A DNA stretch of 64,000 nt from Rhodobacterales bacterium (GCA_965217995.1 CBDCKB010000004.1:323788-387787), one strand, 5' to 3'; counted from the stretch's first letter, positions 44,912 to 55,839 are shown. A program made the numbers and translations. Notes: generated by a model from the letters alone, not told the origin.

Positions 44912-46243
44912 CTACCCCTCCAGCGGCAATCCCACCTCCACCGCGCCATTGCGATGCGTGGCAAAGAAATCCCGGATCCGCCCGTCCGCGCGAATCGAAC
45001 TCCGCTGGATCGGCCGCCGTAGCCAGATCCCCTCGAAAGTCGTGCACCGGCTGAGCGCCACATAGGTCTGGCCGGCGGCAAAGGCACCCCGCTCGAGGTC
45101 TATCACCACCCGATCGAAGGTTTTCCCCTGGCTCTTGTGGATGGTCACCGCCCAGGCCAGGCGGAAGGGAAGCTGGGTGAACTCCCCGACAGGCTCGCTC
45201 ACAATGCTGCCATCCACGAGGGAGAAGCGGATCACGTTCCAGGTATGGCGGCGCACCTCGACCGGATTTCCCACATCCCGCAGTCGTACCTGCAGATTGG
45301 CTCCGCCCCCCGCATCGGGTGCAACCGACTCGATCACGCCGATGCTGCCATTCACCCAGCGGCCGCCAGAATCGTTGTTGAGCATCATGATCTGCGCACC
45401 TTCCTTGAAGGTGAGCTGATCCGCGGTCGGATACTGCTCTCGCCCGAAATCCTTCGAGATTTCGGCTCGGGAAACCCATTTCTGGCCCGACAGCCCGGCA
45501 AGTTTCCGGTCATTGATCTGGTCGGCATTCCGGTTGGTCGCGGTCAGATGGATCGTGAAGCCGTCCTCCGGAGGTTCGAATTCCGGTGCCAGACGCTCGT
45601 TCAGGCGGTCGATATCCTCCTCCTTCACCGAGGCATCACGGACCCGGTTGAGGAGTTCGACAAAGCCGGCGTCCTGCTGCCGGTAGACCTTCTTCAATTC
45701 GACAATCTCCAGCCCGATGCGGTTCAGCGCCTTGGCACTGAAAAAATACGGGGTCTCGTAGACACTGCTAAAGATCTCACGCTCATCCTTGGTAACCACC
45801 GGTGGGAGCTGGTAGAGATCGCCGACAAACACCATCCGCACGCCACCGAACGGCACCTTGCCCCGCGGCCCGTACCTGCGCAGAAAGATGTCCACGCAAT
45901 CGAGCAGATCAGCCCGCAGCATCGAGACCTCATCGATGATGACGGTCGAAAGCCGCTTGTAGAGATCCGGATCCCGCGGCTTGCGCCCGCTATTGCGCAC
46001 CCGGTCCGGTGTCACCTCGATGCCAAAACCGAAAAACCGGTGCACCGTCTGCCCGTGCACGTTCAGTGCCGCCACTCCGGTGGGTGCGAGAATCACCGGC
46101 GAATCCTTCGCGGTTTCCCGGAAATGCTCGAGCAGCGTCGACTTCCCGGTACCCGCCTTGCCGGTCACGAACAACGAGCCCCAGCCGGATGCCATCAGAT
46201 CCAGGGCACGACGGAATTCGGGGTTGATCTCGATCTCGGCCAT
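44912..46243 (-). CDS. Pif1/RecD-like SF1B helicase (AAA_30 type)
   Basis: ATG at 46243 (MAEIEINPEFRRALD...). It has Walker A (GKAGTGKST), IIDEVSM and the C-terminal AWAVTIHKSQGKTFDRVVID. Confidence 0.8.
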   Translation of the reverse strand: MAEIEINPEFRRALDLMASGWGSLFVTGKAGTGKSTLLEHFRETAKDSPVILAPTGVAALNVHGQTVHRFFGFGIEVTPDRVRNSGRKPRDPDLYKRLSTVIIDEVSMLRADLLDCVDIFLRRYGPRGKVPFGGVRMVFVGDLYQLPPVVTKDEREIFSSVYETPYFFSAKALNRIGLEIVELKKVYRQQDAGFVELLNRVRDASVKEEDIDRLNERLAPEFEPPEDGFTIHLTATNRNADQINDRKLAGLSGQKWVSRAEISKDFGREQYPTADQLTFKEGAQIMMLNNDSGGRWVNGSIGVIESVAPDAGGGANLQVRLRDVGNPVEVRRHTWNVIRFSLVDGSIVSEPVGEFTQLPFRLAWAVTIHKSQGKTFDRVVIDLERGAFAAGQTYVALSRCTTFEGIWLRRPIQRSSIRADGRIRDFFATHRNGAVEVGLPLEG

Positions 46244-46404
46244 GGATCCCGTCCCCTGCCGGGCCGGCTCCGGCACAGGATGGCGGAAGCCCGAAGCGGC
46301 ACCGGCAAATATACACTGCCTTCCAGACCCGACACGGCATTGCGGCCTCCCGCCGCTCCCCGTATTCCTGCCCGTGGTCACACCGGCCGACAGGGAAGCA
46401 GCGC

Positions 46405-47898
46405 ATGGATTCCACCCCCGTCGACCTCGCGATCATCGGTGGCGGTGTGAACGGATGCGGAATCGCGCGCGACGCGGCCGGCCGGGGCCTCTCGGTGCTG
46501 CTGGTCGAACGCGGGGATCTCGGCGGCGGCACGTCCTCGGCCTCCACCAAACTCGTCCATGGCGGGCTTCGCTATCTCGAAAGCCTGGAATTCCGCCTGG
46601 TCCGCGAATCCCTGCGCGAGCGCAGGATCCTCCGGCGCATCGCGCCCCATATCATCCGCCCGCTCCGCTTCATCCTGCCCTGCCAGAAGGACGGACGCCC
46701 GGAGTTCATGATCCGTGCCGGTCTCTGGCTCTATGACCGGCTCGACGGACACAGGGACCTGCCACCCACCCGATCCCTCGACCTCCGCCACGACGAAGCG
46801 GGCCCCCCCCTGCAGCCGGGATACCGGCGCGGCTACGAATACTCCGATTGCTGGGTGGACGACGCCCGGCTCGTGGTCCTCAACGCCCTGGACGCCGCCG
46901 GTCACGGTGCTCGCATCCACACGCGCACCGAATTGATGACCGCCACCCCGGCCGGCGATCACTGGCAGCTGCAATTCCGTGACCTTCGCAGCGGCCGCAC
47001 CGATCAGGCCTCCGCGCGGATCCTGGTCAACGCAACCGGCCCCTGGATCGGAGAAGTGATCCGCGACCGCCTCCACCGCCCGGAACCCCGCCAGACCCGC
47101 CTCGTCCGGGGCAGCCATATCGTCCTGCCCCGCCTCTTCGATCACGACCGGGCCTATATCTTCCAGAACCCCGACCGCCGGATTCTTTTCGCCCTTCCCT
47201 ATGAGCGGGATTTCACCCTGATCGGCACCACCGAGAGTGAATTCACCGGCGACCCCGCCACCGCCACGGCGGATCCAGCAGAGATTGCCTATCTCTGTGA
47301 CATGGCCAGCCGCCACTTCGCCCGCCCCGTGCGCCCCGAGGAGGTGACCGCCACCTTCTCCGGCGTGCGGCCTCTCCATGAAAAAGCCGACGTCCCGGCA
47401 CGGGAGGCGAGTCGGGGCTACACGCTCGAACACGAAACCGTCGGCGAGGCCGCTCTCCTGCATGTGTTCGGAGGCAAGATCACCACCTACCGGCAGCTCG
47501 CCGAAACCGCCCTCGACCGGCTGGCCGGTCTTCTCCCGCAGACGGGCGGGGCCTGGACGGCGGATGCGCCCCTGCCCGGCGGCGATCTGCCGGAAGGCGG
47601 CATTCCGGCACTCGCGGGCGAACTCCGGAACGCGTCGGTCGATCCGCCCCTCGCGCTGCGCCTCGCCCAGGCCTACGGGACCCGGGCCCGGGAGATCGCC
47701 ACCGCCCTCACCGGCCCCACGGGCCCGGGCCAGTGTTTCGGTGCCGGTTTCCACGAGCGGGAAGCCGAATATCTGGTACAGCATGAATGGGCCGAAACCG
47801 CAGAGGACATCCTCTGGCGGCGGACCAAGCTCGGCCTCCATATGGACGAAGCCGGCCGCGACCGGCTGCAGCAATGGCTGCAACACAGGAGCGCATGA
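46405..47898 (+). CDS. glpD: Aerobic glycerol-3-phosphate dehydrogenase
   Basis: [29 protein letters not shown]...[17 protein letters not shown]. The gene is adjacent to glpK. Confidence 0.9.
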   Translation: MDSTPVDLAIIGGGVNGCGIARDAAGRGLSVLLVERGDLGGGTSSASTKLVHGGLRYLESLEFRLVRESLRERRILRRIAPHIIRPLRFILPCQKDGRPEFMIRAGLWLYDRLDGHRDLPPTRSLDLRHDEAGPPLQPGYRRGYEYSDCWVDDARLVVLNALDAAGHGARIHTRTELMTATPAGDHWQLQFRDLRSGRTDQASARILVNATGPWIGEVIRDRLHRPEPRQTRLVRGSHIVLPRLFDHDRAYIFQNPDRRILFALPYERDFTLIGTTESEFTGDPATATADPAEIAYLCDMASRHFARPVRPEEVTATFSGVRPLHEKADVPAREASRGYTLEHETVGEAALLHVFGGKITTYRQLAETALDRLAGLLPQTGGAWTADAPLPGGDLPEGGIPALAGELRNASVDPPLALRLAQAYGTRAREIATALTGPTGPGQCFGAGFHEREAEYLVQHEWAETAEDILWRRTKLGLHMDEAGRDRLQQWLQHRSA

Positions 47899-47899
47899 C

Positions 47900-49387
47900 A
47901 TGGCCGGCTACGCTCTGGCACTGGATCAGGGAACGACCTCCTCCCGGGCCATCCTCTTCGACTCCGAAGCCCGGATCGCGGCCGTCGCGCAGGAGGAATT
48001 TCCCCAGCATTTTCCGCGCTCGGGCTGGGTCGAGCATGACCCCGAGGATATCTGGCAGAGCACCCTGGCGACGGCCCGGGAGGCCATCGCCCGGGCCGGG
48101 ATCGATGCCGGCGGGATCGCGGCCATCGGCATCGCCAACCAGCGCGAGACCACCGTGCTCTGGGAGCGGGCCACCGGCCGCCCGGTGCATCGCGCGATCG
48201 TCTGGCAGGACCGGCGCACCGCGGAGGCCTGCGCCGGACTCCGCGCCGCCGGCCTCGAGCCGCAGGTGCGCGAACGCACCGGCCTGCTGCTTGATCCGTA
48301 TTTTTCGGCCACCAAGATCGGCTGGATCCTCGATGCGGTGGAGGGGGCCCGCGAAGCCGCCGAGCGCGGCGAACTCGCCTTCGGGACGATCGACAGTTTC
48401 CTGCTCTGGCGCCTGACCGGAGGCCGGGTGCATGCCACCGACGCCACCAATGCCAGCCGGACCCTGCTCTGCGACCTCCGCACCGGCGACTGGTGCGACG
48501 AGATGCTCGACGCCTTCCGCGTGCCCCGGGCGTTGCTGCCGGAAATCCGCGACTGCTCGACCGGATACGGCACCACCGATCCCGCCCTGCTGGGAGCCGC
48601 GATCCCGATCGCCGGCATCGCCGGCGACCAGCAGGCGGCGGCCATCGGCCAGGCCTGCTTCCACCCCGGCATGATCAAGGCCACCTACGGGACCGGCGGC
48701 TTTGCCCTCCTCCATACCGGCAGCGAACCGGTGCAGTCGGAAAACCGCCTGCTGGCCACCATCGCCTGCCAGCTCGACGGCCGGCGCAGCTACGCGCTCG
48801 AAGGCTCCATCTTCACCGCCGGGGCCGCCGTGCAGTGGCTCCGGGACGGTCTCGGAATCCTCGACTCGGCGGCCGAATCCGGTCCCCTCGCCGCCGAGGC
48901 CGATCCCGGCCAGCAGGTCTATCTGGTGCCGGCCTTCACCGGCCTCGGGGCCCCCCATTGGGATGCCGACTGCCGGGGTGCGCTCTACGGCCTGACCCGC
49001 GCCACCTCACCCCGGGAGCTCGCCCGGGCCGCCCTCGAAAGCGTCTGCTACCAGACCCGGGACCTGCTCGAGGCGATGCGCGGGGACTGGCCGGGCGGGG
49101 ATGATTTCGTGCTGCGGGTGGATGGCGGCATGGTCGCCTCGGACTGGACCCTGCAACGCCTCGCCGACCTCCTCGACACCCCCATCGACCGGCCTGCCAT
49201 CCTCGAGACCACGGCACTCGGAGCGGCCTATCTCGCCGGTTTGCATGCCGGCCTCTACCCGGCCCCGGAGGTCTTCGCCGACAGCTGGGCCCTGGAGCGG
49301 CGCTTCACCCCAAACCTGGAGGCGGCCACCCGCGAGGCACTCTGCGCCGGCTGGAAGGATGCCGTGCGGCGCACGCTGAGCGCATGA
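47900..49387 (+). CDS. glpK: Glycerol kinase
   Basis: ATG at 47900 ([21 protein letters not shown]...[11 protein letters not shown]...[10 protein letters not shown]). Confidence 0.9.
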   Translation: MAGYALALDQGTTSSRAILFDSEARIAAVAQEEFPQHFPRSGWVEHDPEDIWQSTLATAREAIARAGIDAGGIAAIGIANQRETTVLWERATGRPVHRAIVWQDRRTAEACAGLRAAGLEPQVRERTGLLLDPYFSATKIGWILDAVEGAREAAERGELAFGTIDSFLLWRLTGGRVHATDATNASRTLLCDLRTGDWCDEMLDAFRVPRALLPEIRDCSTGYGTTDPALLGAAIPIAGIAGDQQAAAIGQACFHPGMIKATYGTGGFALLHTGSEPVQSENRLLATIACQLDGRRSYALEGSIFTAGAAVQWLRDGLGILDSAAESGPLAAEADPGQQVYLVPAFTGLGAPHWDADCRGALYGLTRATSPRELARAALESVCYQTRDLLEAMRGDWPGGDDFVLRVDGGMVASDWTLQRLADLLDTPIDRPAILETTALGAAYLAGLHAGLYPAPEVFADSWALERRFTPNLEAATREALCAGWKDAVRRTLSA

Positions 49388-49456
49388 TTCCGGAGGACGC
49401 CGGAAGCGGGCCTGCCTACCCTGCTGTCTGTGAATCCGACCGCCCGAGCCCTCCCC

Positions 49457-50386
49457 ATGCGCCACAGTATCGACCTCATCAGCTGGCTCCTGCTGCTCAC
49501 CCTCGCCGCACTCTGGTCGATGAGTTTTCTCTTCAACGAGATCGCGCTGGAGGAGCTGGACCCGTTCACCATCGTCCTCGGCCGGGTGGCGACCGGCGCG
49601 GTGGCGATCTGGCTCTATGTGCTCGTCCGGGGCATCCGGGTTCCCACCGGATTCCGCATCTGGGCCGGCTTCGCCCTGATCGGCCTCCTCAACAACGTGC
49701 TCCCCTTCTCGCTGATTGTCTGGGGACAGAGCCATATCCTGGGCGGTGAGGCCGCGATCCTGCACGCCACCACGCCGATCTTCGCGGTCATGATCGGCCA
49801 TTTTGTGACCCAGGATGACCGTCTGACCCGCAACCGCGCCATCGGCATCCTGCTCGGCATCCTCGGCGCTGCCGTGATGGTCGGCGTCGAGACGGCCGAT
49901 CTCGGAGCCCGGGTCAGCTGGGGCTATCTGGCAGTGATCGGCGCGTCGGTCGCCTACGCCTGCGCGGTGCATTCCACACGCCGGGTGACGGTCGGCATCC
50001 CCGGCCCGGTGGCGGCCGCCGGGATGCTGAGCATGAGCACACTGTGGATGATCCCTGTGGCCGTGCTGCTCGGCGACCCGCTGCCCGTCTCGGTCCGACC
50101 CTCCACCCTCGGCGCGGTGCTCATCCTCGGCGTATTTGGCTCGGCGATCGCGTATATCGCCTATTTCGCCATCCTGAAGCGGGCGGGTCCCACCAACCTG
50201 ACGCTGGTGGCGATGATGATTCCACCGAGCGCGCTGATCCTCGGAGCGGTGTTTCTGGGCGAGCGGTTCGGGGCCAATGATTTTGCCGGCCTCGCCCTGA
50301 TCGTCGCGGCACTGGCCATCCTTGACGGACGCATCCTGCATCTATATCCCGGCCGCAGGAACGCCAAGCCACCGACCCGATCCTGA
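49457..50386 (+). CDS. DMT-superfamily (EamA-like) transporter, copy 1
   Basis: It has about 10 hydrophobic segments. The start was chosen at MRHSIDLISWLLLL by analogy with copy 2; the track start is 49430. Confidence 0.8.
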   Translation: MRHSIDLISWLLLLTLAALWSMSFLFNEIALEELDPFTIVLGRVATGAVAIWLYVLVRGIRVPTGFRIWAGFALIGLLNNVLPFSLIVWGQSHILGGEAAILHATTPIFAVMIGHFVTQDDRLTRNRAIGILLGILGAAVMVGVETADLGARVSWGYLAVIGASVAYACAVHSTRRVTVGIPGPVAAAGMLSMSTLWMIPVAVLLGDPLPVSVRPSTLGAVLILGVFGSAIAYIAYFAILKRAGPTNLTLVAMMIPPSALILGAVFLGERFGANDFAGLALIVAALAILDGRILHLYPGRRNAKPPTRS

Positions 50387-50396
50387 ACCCTCCCCC

Positions 50397-51326
50397 ATGC
50401 GCCACAGTATCGACCTCATCAGCTGGCTCCTGCTGCTCACCCTCGCCTCACTCTGGTCGCTGAGTTTCATCTTCCAGGAGGTCGCGCTGGAGGAGCTGGA
50501 CCCGTTCACCACCGTCCTCGGCCGGGTGGGATGCGGGGCGGTTGTGATCTGGCTCTATGTGCTCGCCCGCGGCCTGCCCGTCCCTTCCAGTGCCCGCATC
50601 TGGGCCCGCTTCGCCCTGCTCGGCCTCCTCACCAATGTGATCCCCTTCTCGCTGATTGTCTGGGGACAGAGCCACATCCTGGGCGGCGAGGCCGCAATCC
50701 TGAATGCCACCACGCCAATCTTCACCGTGCTGATCGGCCATTTTGCAACCCAGGATGACCGCCTGACCCGCAACCGCGCCATCGGCATCCTGCTCGGCAT
50801 CCTCGGCGCTGCCGTGATGGTCGGCGTCGAGACGGCCGGGGTCGGAGCCCGGGTCAGCTGGGGCTATCTCGCGATCATCGGAGCCTCGATCTCCTACGGC
50901 TTCGCCGCGCATGCGGCCCGCCGGGTGGCCGCAGATATCCCCGGTCCGGTCGCAGCCGCCTGCATGCTGACCATGAGCAGCATGTGGATGATCCCGATCG
51001 TATTGCTGCTCGGCGACCCGCTGCCCGTCTCGCCCCGGATCTCCACCCTCACCGCCATCCTCATCCTCGGAGCCCTGTGCTCGGCGCTGGCCTATATCGT
51101 CTATTTCGCCATCCTGCGGCGGGCGGGTGCCACAACCCTGATGCTGGTGACGATGATCATTCCACCCGGCACGCTGATCCTCGGAGCGGTGTTTCTGGGC
51201 GAGCGGTTCGGGGCCAATGATTTTGCCGGCCTCGCCCTGATCATCGCGGCACTGGCCATCATTGACGGACGCATCCTGCATCTATACCCCGGTCGCAGGA
51301 ACGCCAAGCCACGGACCCGATCATGA
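50397..51326 (+). CDS. DMT-superfamily (EamA-like) transporter, copy 2 (tandem paralog)
   Basis: The N-terminus (MRHSIDLISWLLLLTLA) and C-terminus (FLGERFGANDFAGLALI..ALAI.DGRILHLYPGRRNAKP) are nearly identical to copy 1. Confidence 0.8.
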   Translation: MRHSIDLISWLLLLTLASLWSLSFIFQEVALEELDPFTTVLGRVGCGAVVIWLYVLARGLPVPSSARIWARFALLGLLTNVIPFSLIVWGQSHILGGEAAILNATTPIFTVLIGHFATQDDRLTRNRAIGILLGILGAAVMVGVETAGVGARVSWGYLAIIGASISYGFAAHAARRVAADIPGPVAAACMLTMSSMWMIPIVLLLGDPLPVSPRISTLTAILILGALCSALAYIVYFAILRRAGATTLMLVTMIIPPGTLILGAVFLGERFGANDFAGLALIIAALAIIDGRILHLYPGRRNAKPRTRS

Positions 51327-52264
51327 ACCCTCCCCCTCCCGAAGATCCGATGCGTTACGCCTTCATCGGCCTCGGCCATCTCGGCAAGTATCTCGCAGCC
51401 AACCTCCTTCGCGGCGGCTTCCCGCTCGCGGTCCATGATCTCGATCCCGCCGCCTGCGAGAGGCTCGCCGCGGCCGGAGCCCGGGTCGCCGACAGCGCCG
51501 CCGATGCCGCCCGGGGCGCGGATGCCGCGATCACCTGCCTCCCCTCGCCCGCCGCGACGCGGGAGGTGCTGGAAAGCGGAGACGGCGTGCTTGCCGGACT
51601 TGCGGAAGGCACCACCTGGATCGAGATGAGCACCAACGACCCGGCCGAGATCCAGTCCCTGGCCGAGATCGCGGGCCGGGCCGGAATCCGCACCCTGGAG
51701 GCGCCGGTCACCGGCGGCGTGCACCGGGCCGCGACCGGCGAGATCACCGTGCTGGCCGGCGGTCCGCAGGAACTGTTCGAGGCACACCGCCCGGCCCTCG
51801 CCGCGATGGGCGGTCTGGTGTTCCATATCGGAGAGCTCGGCAAGGCGTCGGTGATCAAGGTGATCACCAACATGCTTGCCTTCCTGCATCTGGTCGGGGC
51901 CGGGGAAGCGCTGGCCCTGGCAAAACAATCCGGAATCGATCTGGGGATTGCCTTCGAGGCGATCCGGGCGAGTTCCGGCAACAGCTTTGTCCACGAGACC
52001 GAAAGCCAGGTGATCCTCAACGGCAGCTACGATATCGGCTTCACCCTGGACCTGGCCTGCAAGGATGCCGGGCTCGCAGCCATGATCGGCGAACGCAGCG
52101 GCGTGCCGCTGGTCCTCGCCAGCAAGGTCCGGGAGCTTCTCGAGGAAGCGCGCCGGTGCTATGGCGGGGATGCGTGGTCGCCGGAGGTGGTGCGGCTCCT
52201 CGAGGAGAAAATCGGCGCCGAATTGCGGGCACCGGGATTTCCGGCGACCCTGGAAGAAGAATAG
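51323..52264 (+). CDS. NAD(P)-dependent oxidoreductase of the 3-hydroxyisobutyrate/6-phosphogluconate dehydrogenase family
   Basis: YAFIGLGHLGKYLAANL is a Rossmann motif. ATG 51323 overlaps the upstream stop (ATGA); ATG 51350 is an alternative. Confidence 0.8.
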   Translation: MNPPPPEDPMRYAFIGLGHLGKYLAANLLRGGFPLAVHDLDPAACERLAAAGARVADSAADAARGADAAITCLPSPAATREVLESGDGVLAGLAEGTTWIEMSTNDPAEIQSLAEIAGRAGIRTLEAPVTGGVHRAATGEITVLAGGPQELFEAHRPALAAMGGLVFHIGELGKASVIKVITNMLAFLHLVGAGEALALAKQSGIDLGIAFEAIRASSGNSFVHETESQVILNGSYDIGFTLDLACKDAGLAAMIGERSGVPLVLASKVRELLEEARRCYGGDAWSPEVVRLLEEKIGAELRAPGFPATLEEE

Positions 52265-52321
52265 CTGTCTGCAGGAATTCCCGCCCGGCGTTTCTGACGG
52301 GCGCGGATTGCCCCCCGGATC

Positions 52322-53611
52322 TCAGATGCCGCCGGCCGCCTCCAGCGTGTCATCCCAGGTGCGCAACCCGGTGGTCGGGGCCGAGACCAGCACCGCCATA
52401 TTGCCTGGCTTGTGCACATTCTCGAGCATTTTCATATGTGCCCGGGGGATGTCGGTCCATGGGAAGACCTCCGACATGCAGGGGTCGATCCGGCGCTCGA
52501 GCATCAGCTGGTTGGCCTGGCTCGCCTGCTTGAGATTGGCGAAATGGGATCCCTGGATCCGCTTCTGGTGCATCCAGACATAGCGTGCATCGAAGGTGAG
52601 GTTGTAGCCCGTCGTGCCGGCACAGAAGACCACCATGCCGCCGCGCTTGACCACAAAGGTCGAGACGGGGAAGGTCGCCTCCCCCGGATGCTCGAACACC
52701 ACATCGACATTCACACCCTTGCCGGTGATCTCCCAGATCGCCTTGCCGAAACGGCGCGCATCGGCAAACCATTTTGTGTATTCGGGTGTGTTGACCGTCG
52801 GCAGCCGGCCCCAGCATTCGAATTCGGTGCGGTTGATCACCCCCTTGGCGCCGAGTTCCAGCACGAAGTCGCGCTTGCCCTCGTCGGAGATCACACCGAT
52901 CGCATTGGCCCCGGCGGTGTTGACCAGCTGGATCGCGAAAGAACCCAGCCCGCCGGACGCGCCCCATACCAGCACATTGTGGCCGGGACGCAGGATGTGC
53001 GGCCGGTGGCCGAACAGCATCCGGTAGGCGGTCGCCAGGGTCAGCGTGTAGCAGGCTGATTCCTCCCAGGTCAGATGCGGCGGCCGACGCATCAATTGCT
53101 GGGCCTGGACACGGGCGAACTGCGCGAAAGACCCGTCCGGCGTCTCATAGCCCCAGATCCGCTGCGAGGCGGAAAACATCGGGTCGCCGCCATTGCATTC
53201 CTCGTCATCGCCATCGTCCTGGTTGCAATGCACGACGACCTCGTCGCCGACCCGGAAGCGGCGCACCTTCTCACCGACCTTCCAGACAATTCCGGCCGCG
53301 TCCGAGCCTGCGACATGGTAGGGGGCGCCATGCACGTCGAACGGGGAGATGGGCTTGCCGAGCGCGGCCCAGACGCCGTTGTAGTTCACCCCCGCCGCCA
53401 TCACGAGCACCAGCACCTCCCCGGAAGCGATCTCCGGGACATCCACCACCTCGAGCTGCATCGCGGAGTCGGGATTGCCATGCCGCTCGCGGCGGATCGC
53501 CCAGGCATACATCTGTTTCGGAACATGCCCGAGAGGCGGAAACCGTCCGACCTCATACAGGTCCTCGCCTGGCGGCGGCGGTGCCTCGGCGGCGGCGGCA
53601 ATGGCGGCCAT
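52322..53611 (-). CDS. ccr: Crotonyl-CoA carboxylase/reductase
   Basis: ATG at 53611. GHVPKQMYAWAIRRERHG...VLVLVMAAGVNYNGVWA...YHVAGSDAAGIVWKVG is typical of Ccr. The gene is divergent from an ecm-like mutase. Confidence 0.85.
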   Translation of the reverse strand: MAAIAAAAEAPPPPGEDLYEVGRFPPLGHVPKQMYAWAIRRERHGNPDSAMQLEVVDVPEIASGEVLVLVMAAGVNYNGVWAALGKPISPFDVHGAPYHVAGSDAAGIVWKVGEKVRRFRVGDEVVVHCNQDDGDDEECNGGDPMFSASQRIWGYETPDGSFAQFARVQAQQLMRRPPHLTWEESACYTLTLATAYRMLFGHRPHILRPGHNVLVWGASGGLGSFAIQLVNTAGANAIGVISDEGKRDFVLELGAKGVINRTEFECWGRLPTVNTPEYTKWFADARRFGKAIWEITGKGVNVDVVFEHPGEATFPVSTFVVKRGGMVVFCAGTTGYNLTFDARYVWMHQKRIQGSHFANLKQASQANQLMLERRIDPCMSEVFPWTDIPRAHMKMLENVHKPGNMAVLVSAPTTGLRTWDDTLEAAGGI

Positions 53612-53721
53612 CCTCAAGCTCCCATTCTCTGTGGAATTTGTGCATTGCAAGATATCGGCCCGACCGACCGGCGGCAAATAATGATTTATGATGCACTGCG
53701 GCAACTGGCGCGGACCCCCCT

Positions 53722-55701
53722 ATGAACACGAGCCCTGCGAACCGGGAGCGCGACCGGCCCTGGATTTTCCGCACCTATGCCGGGCATTCCAGCGCCGCGG
53801 AGTCGAACGCGCTCTACCGGGCCAATCTCGCCAAGGGACAGACCGGCCTGTCGGTGGCCTTCGACCTGCCGACCCAGACCGGCTACGACCCCGATCATCC
53901 CCTCGCCGCCGGCGAGGTCGGACGCGTGGGAGTGCCGGTGGCGCATCTGGGCGACATGCGGGTGCTGCTCGAAGGCATCCCGCTCGACCGCATGAACACC
54001 TCGATGACCATCAATGCCACCGCCCCCTGGCTGCTGGCGCTCTACACCGCGCTCGCCGATGAGGCCGGAATCTCCCGGACCGAATTGCGGGGCACGACGC
54101 AGAACGACATCCTCAAGGAGTATCTCTCGCGGGGCACCTACATCCTGCCCCCGGCGGCGTCGCTCCGGCTCGCCGCCGACATCGCCGCCTGGACGGCGGT
54201 GGAGATGCCGCACTGGAATCCGACCAATGTCTGCTCGTACCACCTGCAGGAAGCCGGCGCGACGCCGGCCCAGGAGATCGCCTACGCCCTCGCCACCGCC
54301 ACCGCGATGCTGGACGAGATCCGCCGGCGGCCGGAGGCGGACGGGGAGGCCTTCCCCGGCATGGTCGGGCAGATGTCCTTTTTCATGAATGCCGGGATCC
54401 GCTTCATCGAGGAGATGTGCAAATTGCGGGCCTTCGCCGAGATCTGGGACGAAATCTGCCACACCCGCTACGGCGTCGAGGACCCCAAACTGCGTCGCTT
54501 CCGCTACGGCGTGCAGGTCAACTCCCTCGGCCTCACCGAACAGCAGCCCGAGAACAACATCGCCCGCATCCTTCTCGAGATGCTGGCCGTCACCCTCTCG
54601 AAGCGCGCCCGCGCCCGCGCCGTGCAGCTCCCGGCCTGGAACGAGGCGCTCGGCCTGCCGACCCGTTGGGACCAGCAATGGTCGCTCCGCCTGCAGCAGA
54701 TTCTGGCCCATGAGACCGACCTGCTCGAATACGAGGATCTGTTCGACGGCTCCCCGGTGGTCGATGCCCGGGTCGCCGAGATCCGGGCCGCGGCGGAAGC
54801 CGAATTCCGCGAGGTCGAAGCTGAGGGCGGTGCGGTCGCGGCCATCGAATACATGAAATCCCGACTGGTCGCCTCCAACGCCGAGCGGATGGCCGAAATC
54901 GAATCGGGCGAACGGACCGTCGTCGGCGTGAACGCCTACACCGAGGCCGAGCCGAGTCCGCTGGCCAGCGGGGATGCCGGCATCGTCGCGGTCGACCCCG
55001 CGGTCGAGGAAAAGGCCCGGGCCGGCATCCGCGCCTGGCGCAAGGCGCGCGACAGCGCGGAAACCGCAAAGGCCCTCGCCGCGCTCGAAGCCGACGCACA
55101 GGCCGGGCGCAACATCATGCCGGCATCGGTGACGGCGGCCCGGGCCGGGGCCACCACCGGCGAATGGGCGGCCGCCCTCCGACGGGTGTTCGGCGAATAC
55201 CGGGCGCCCACCGGCATCAGCCAGGCACCGGTCCGGACCGACCCGGAGACCGAGGTGCTGCGTGCCGAAGTGGAAGCGGTCTCCCGGCGGCTGGGGCGGC
55301 CGGTGACCTTCCTGCTCGGCAAGCCGGGACTCGACGGCCATTCCAACGGCGTCGAGCAGATCGCCGTGCGGGCGCGGGATTGCGGCATGCGCGTCATCTA
55401 TGAGGGCATCCGTTTCGGGCCGGAGGAAATCGCCGGCCGGGCGCGCGACGAGGGCGCGCATCTGGTCGGGCTGTCGGTCCTTTCCGGCTCGCATCTGCCC
55501 CTGGCACGGGCCGTGCTGGCGGAGCTCGAGAAGGCGGGGCGGGGGGACGTGCCGGTGGTCGTCGGCGGCATCATCCCGCCCGAGGATGCGGCAGATCTCA
55601 AGCAGGCAGGCATCGCACGGGTCTATACGCCGAAGGATTTCCGGCTGAACCGGATCATGACCGAACTGGTCGAGCTGGTCGCCGGGAACACGCCCGCCTG
55701 A
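53722..55701 (+). CDS. ecm: Ethylmalonyl-CoA mutase (B12-dependent acyl-CoA mutase with a fused cobalamin-binding domain)
   Basis: RPWIFRTYAGHSSAAESNALYRANLAKGQTGLSVAFDLPTQTGYD is the mutase N-terminus. GKPGLDGHSNGVEQIA is the DxHxxG B12 motif. The assignment as ecm rests on its context with ccr. Confidence 0.8.
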   Translation: MNTSPANRERDRPWIFRTYAGHSSAAESNALYRANLAKGQTGLSVAFDLPTQTGYDPDHPLAAGEVGRVGVPVAHLGDMRVLLEGIPLDRMNTSMTINATAPWLLALYTALADEAGISRTELRGTTQNDILKEYLSRGTYILPPAASLRLAADIAAWTAVEMPHWNPTNVCSYHLQEAGATPAQEIAYALATATAMLDEIRRRPEADGEAFPGMVGQMSFFMNAGIRFIEEMCKLRAFAEIWDEICHTRYGVEDPKLRRFRYGVQVNSLGLTEQQPENNIARILLEMLAVTLSKRARARAVQLPAWNEALGLPTRWDQQWSLRLQQILAHETDLLEYEDLFDGSPVVDARVAEIRAAAEAEFREVEAEGGAVAAIEYMKSRLVASNAERMAEIESGERTVVGVNAYTEAEPSPLASGDAGIVAVDPAVEEKARAGIRAWRKARDSAETAKALAALEADAQAGRNIMPASVTAARAGATTGEWAAALRRVFGEYRAPTGISQAPVRTDPETEVLRAEVEAVSRRLGRPVTFLLGKPGLDGHSNGVEQIAVRARDCGMRVIYEGIRFGPEEIAGRARDEGAHLVGLSVLSGSHLPLARAVLAELEKAGRGDVPVVVGGIIPPEDAADLKQAGIARVYTPKDFRLNRIMTELVELVAGNTPA

Positions 55702-55718
55702 CCCCATCCCTCTCCCCC

Positions 55719-55754
55719 AAACGGCCTTCCGGACATCCCCCGACAGGGGCCGTT
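55719..55754 (+). terminator. Possible stem-loop downstream of ecm
   Basis: aaacggcc-N20-ggccgttt forms 8-bp arms. The loop is large and there is no U-tract, so the call is weak. Confidence 0.2.
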
Positions 55755-55839
55755 TGACCGATATTCCCCGACAGGATCATTACTGACTGGTTTATGGGGT
55801 TATTATCCCAACCGAAGAATTCCCTGTGTCAGGAACTCC

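Noticed and set aside
45137-46450. 437-aa plus-strand ORF
   Set aside because: It is antisense to the Pif1/RecD-like helicase gene, which has Walker A/B and C-terminal helicase motifs.
46378-50341. Long minus-strand ORFs (46378..47901, 47708..48958, 49007..50341)
   Set aside because: They are antisense to glpD, glpK and the first EamA transporter gene. No motifs.
52281-52303. Hairpin CGCCCG-N10-CGGGCG between the convergent oxidoreductase and ccr genes, as a bidirectional terminator
   Set aside because: The stem is only 6 bp, with no flanking U/A tracts. That is too weak to call.
53686-55707. 673-aa minus-strand ORF
   Set aside because: It is antisense to the ecm-like mutase, which has clear mutase and B12-binding motifs.
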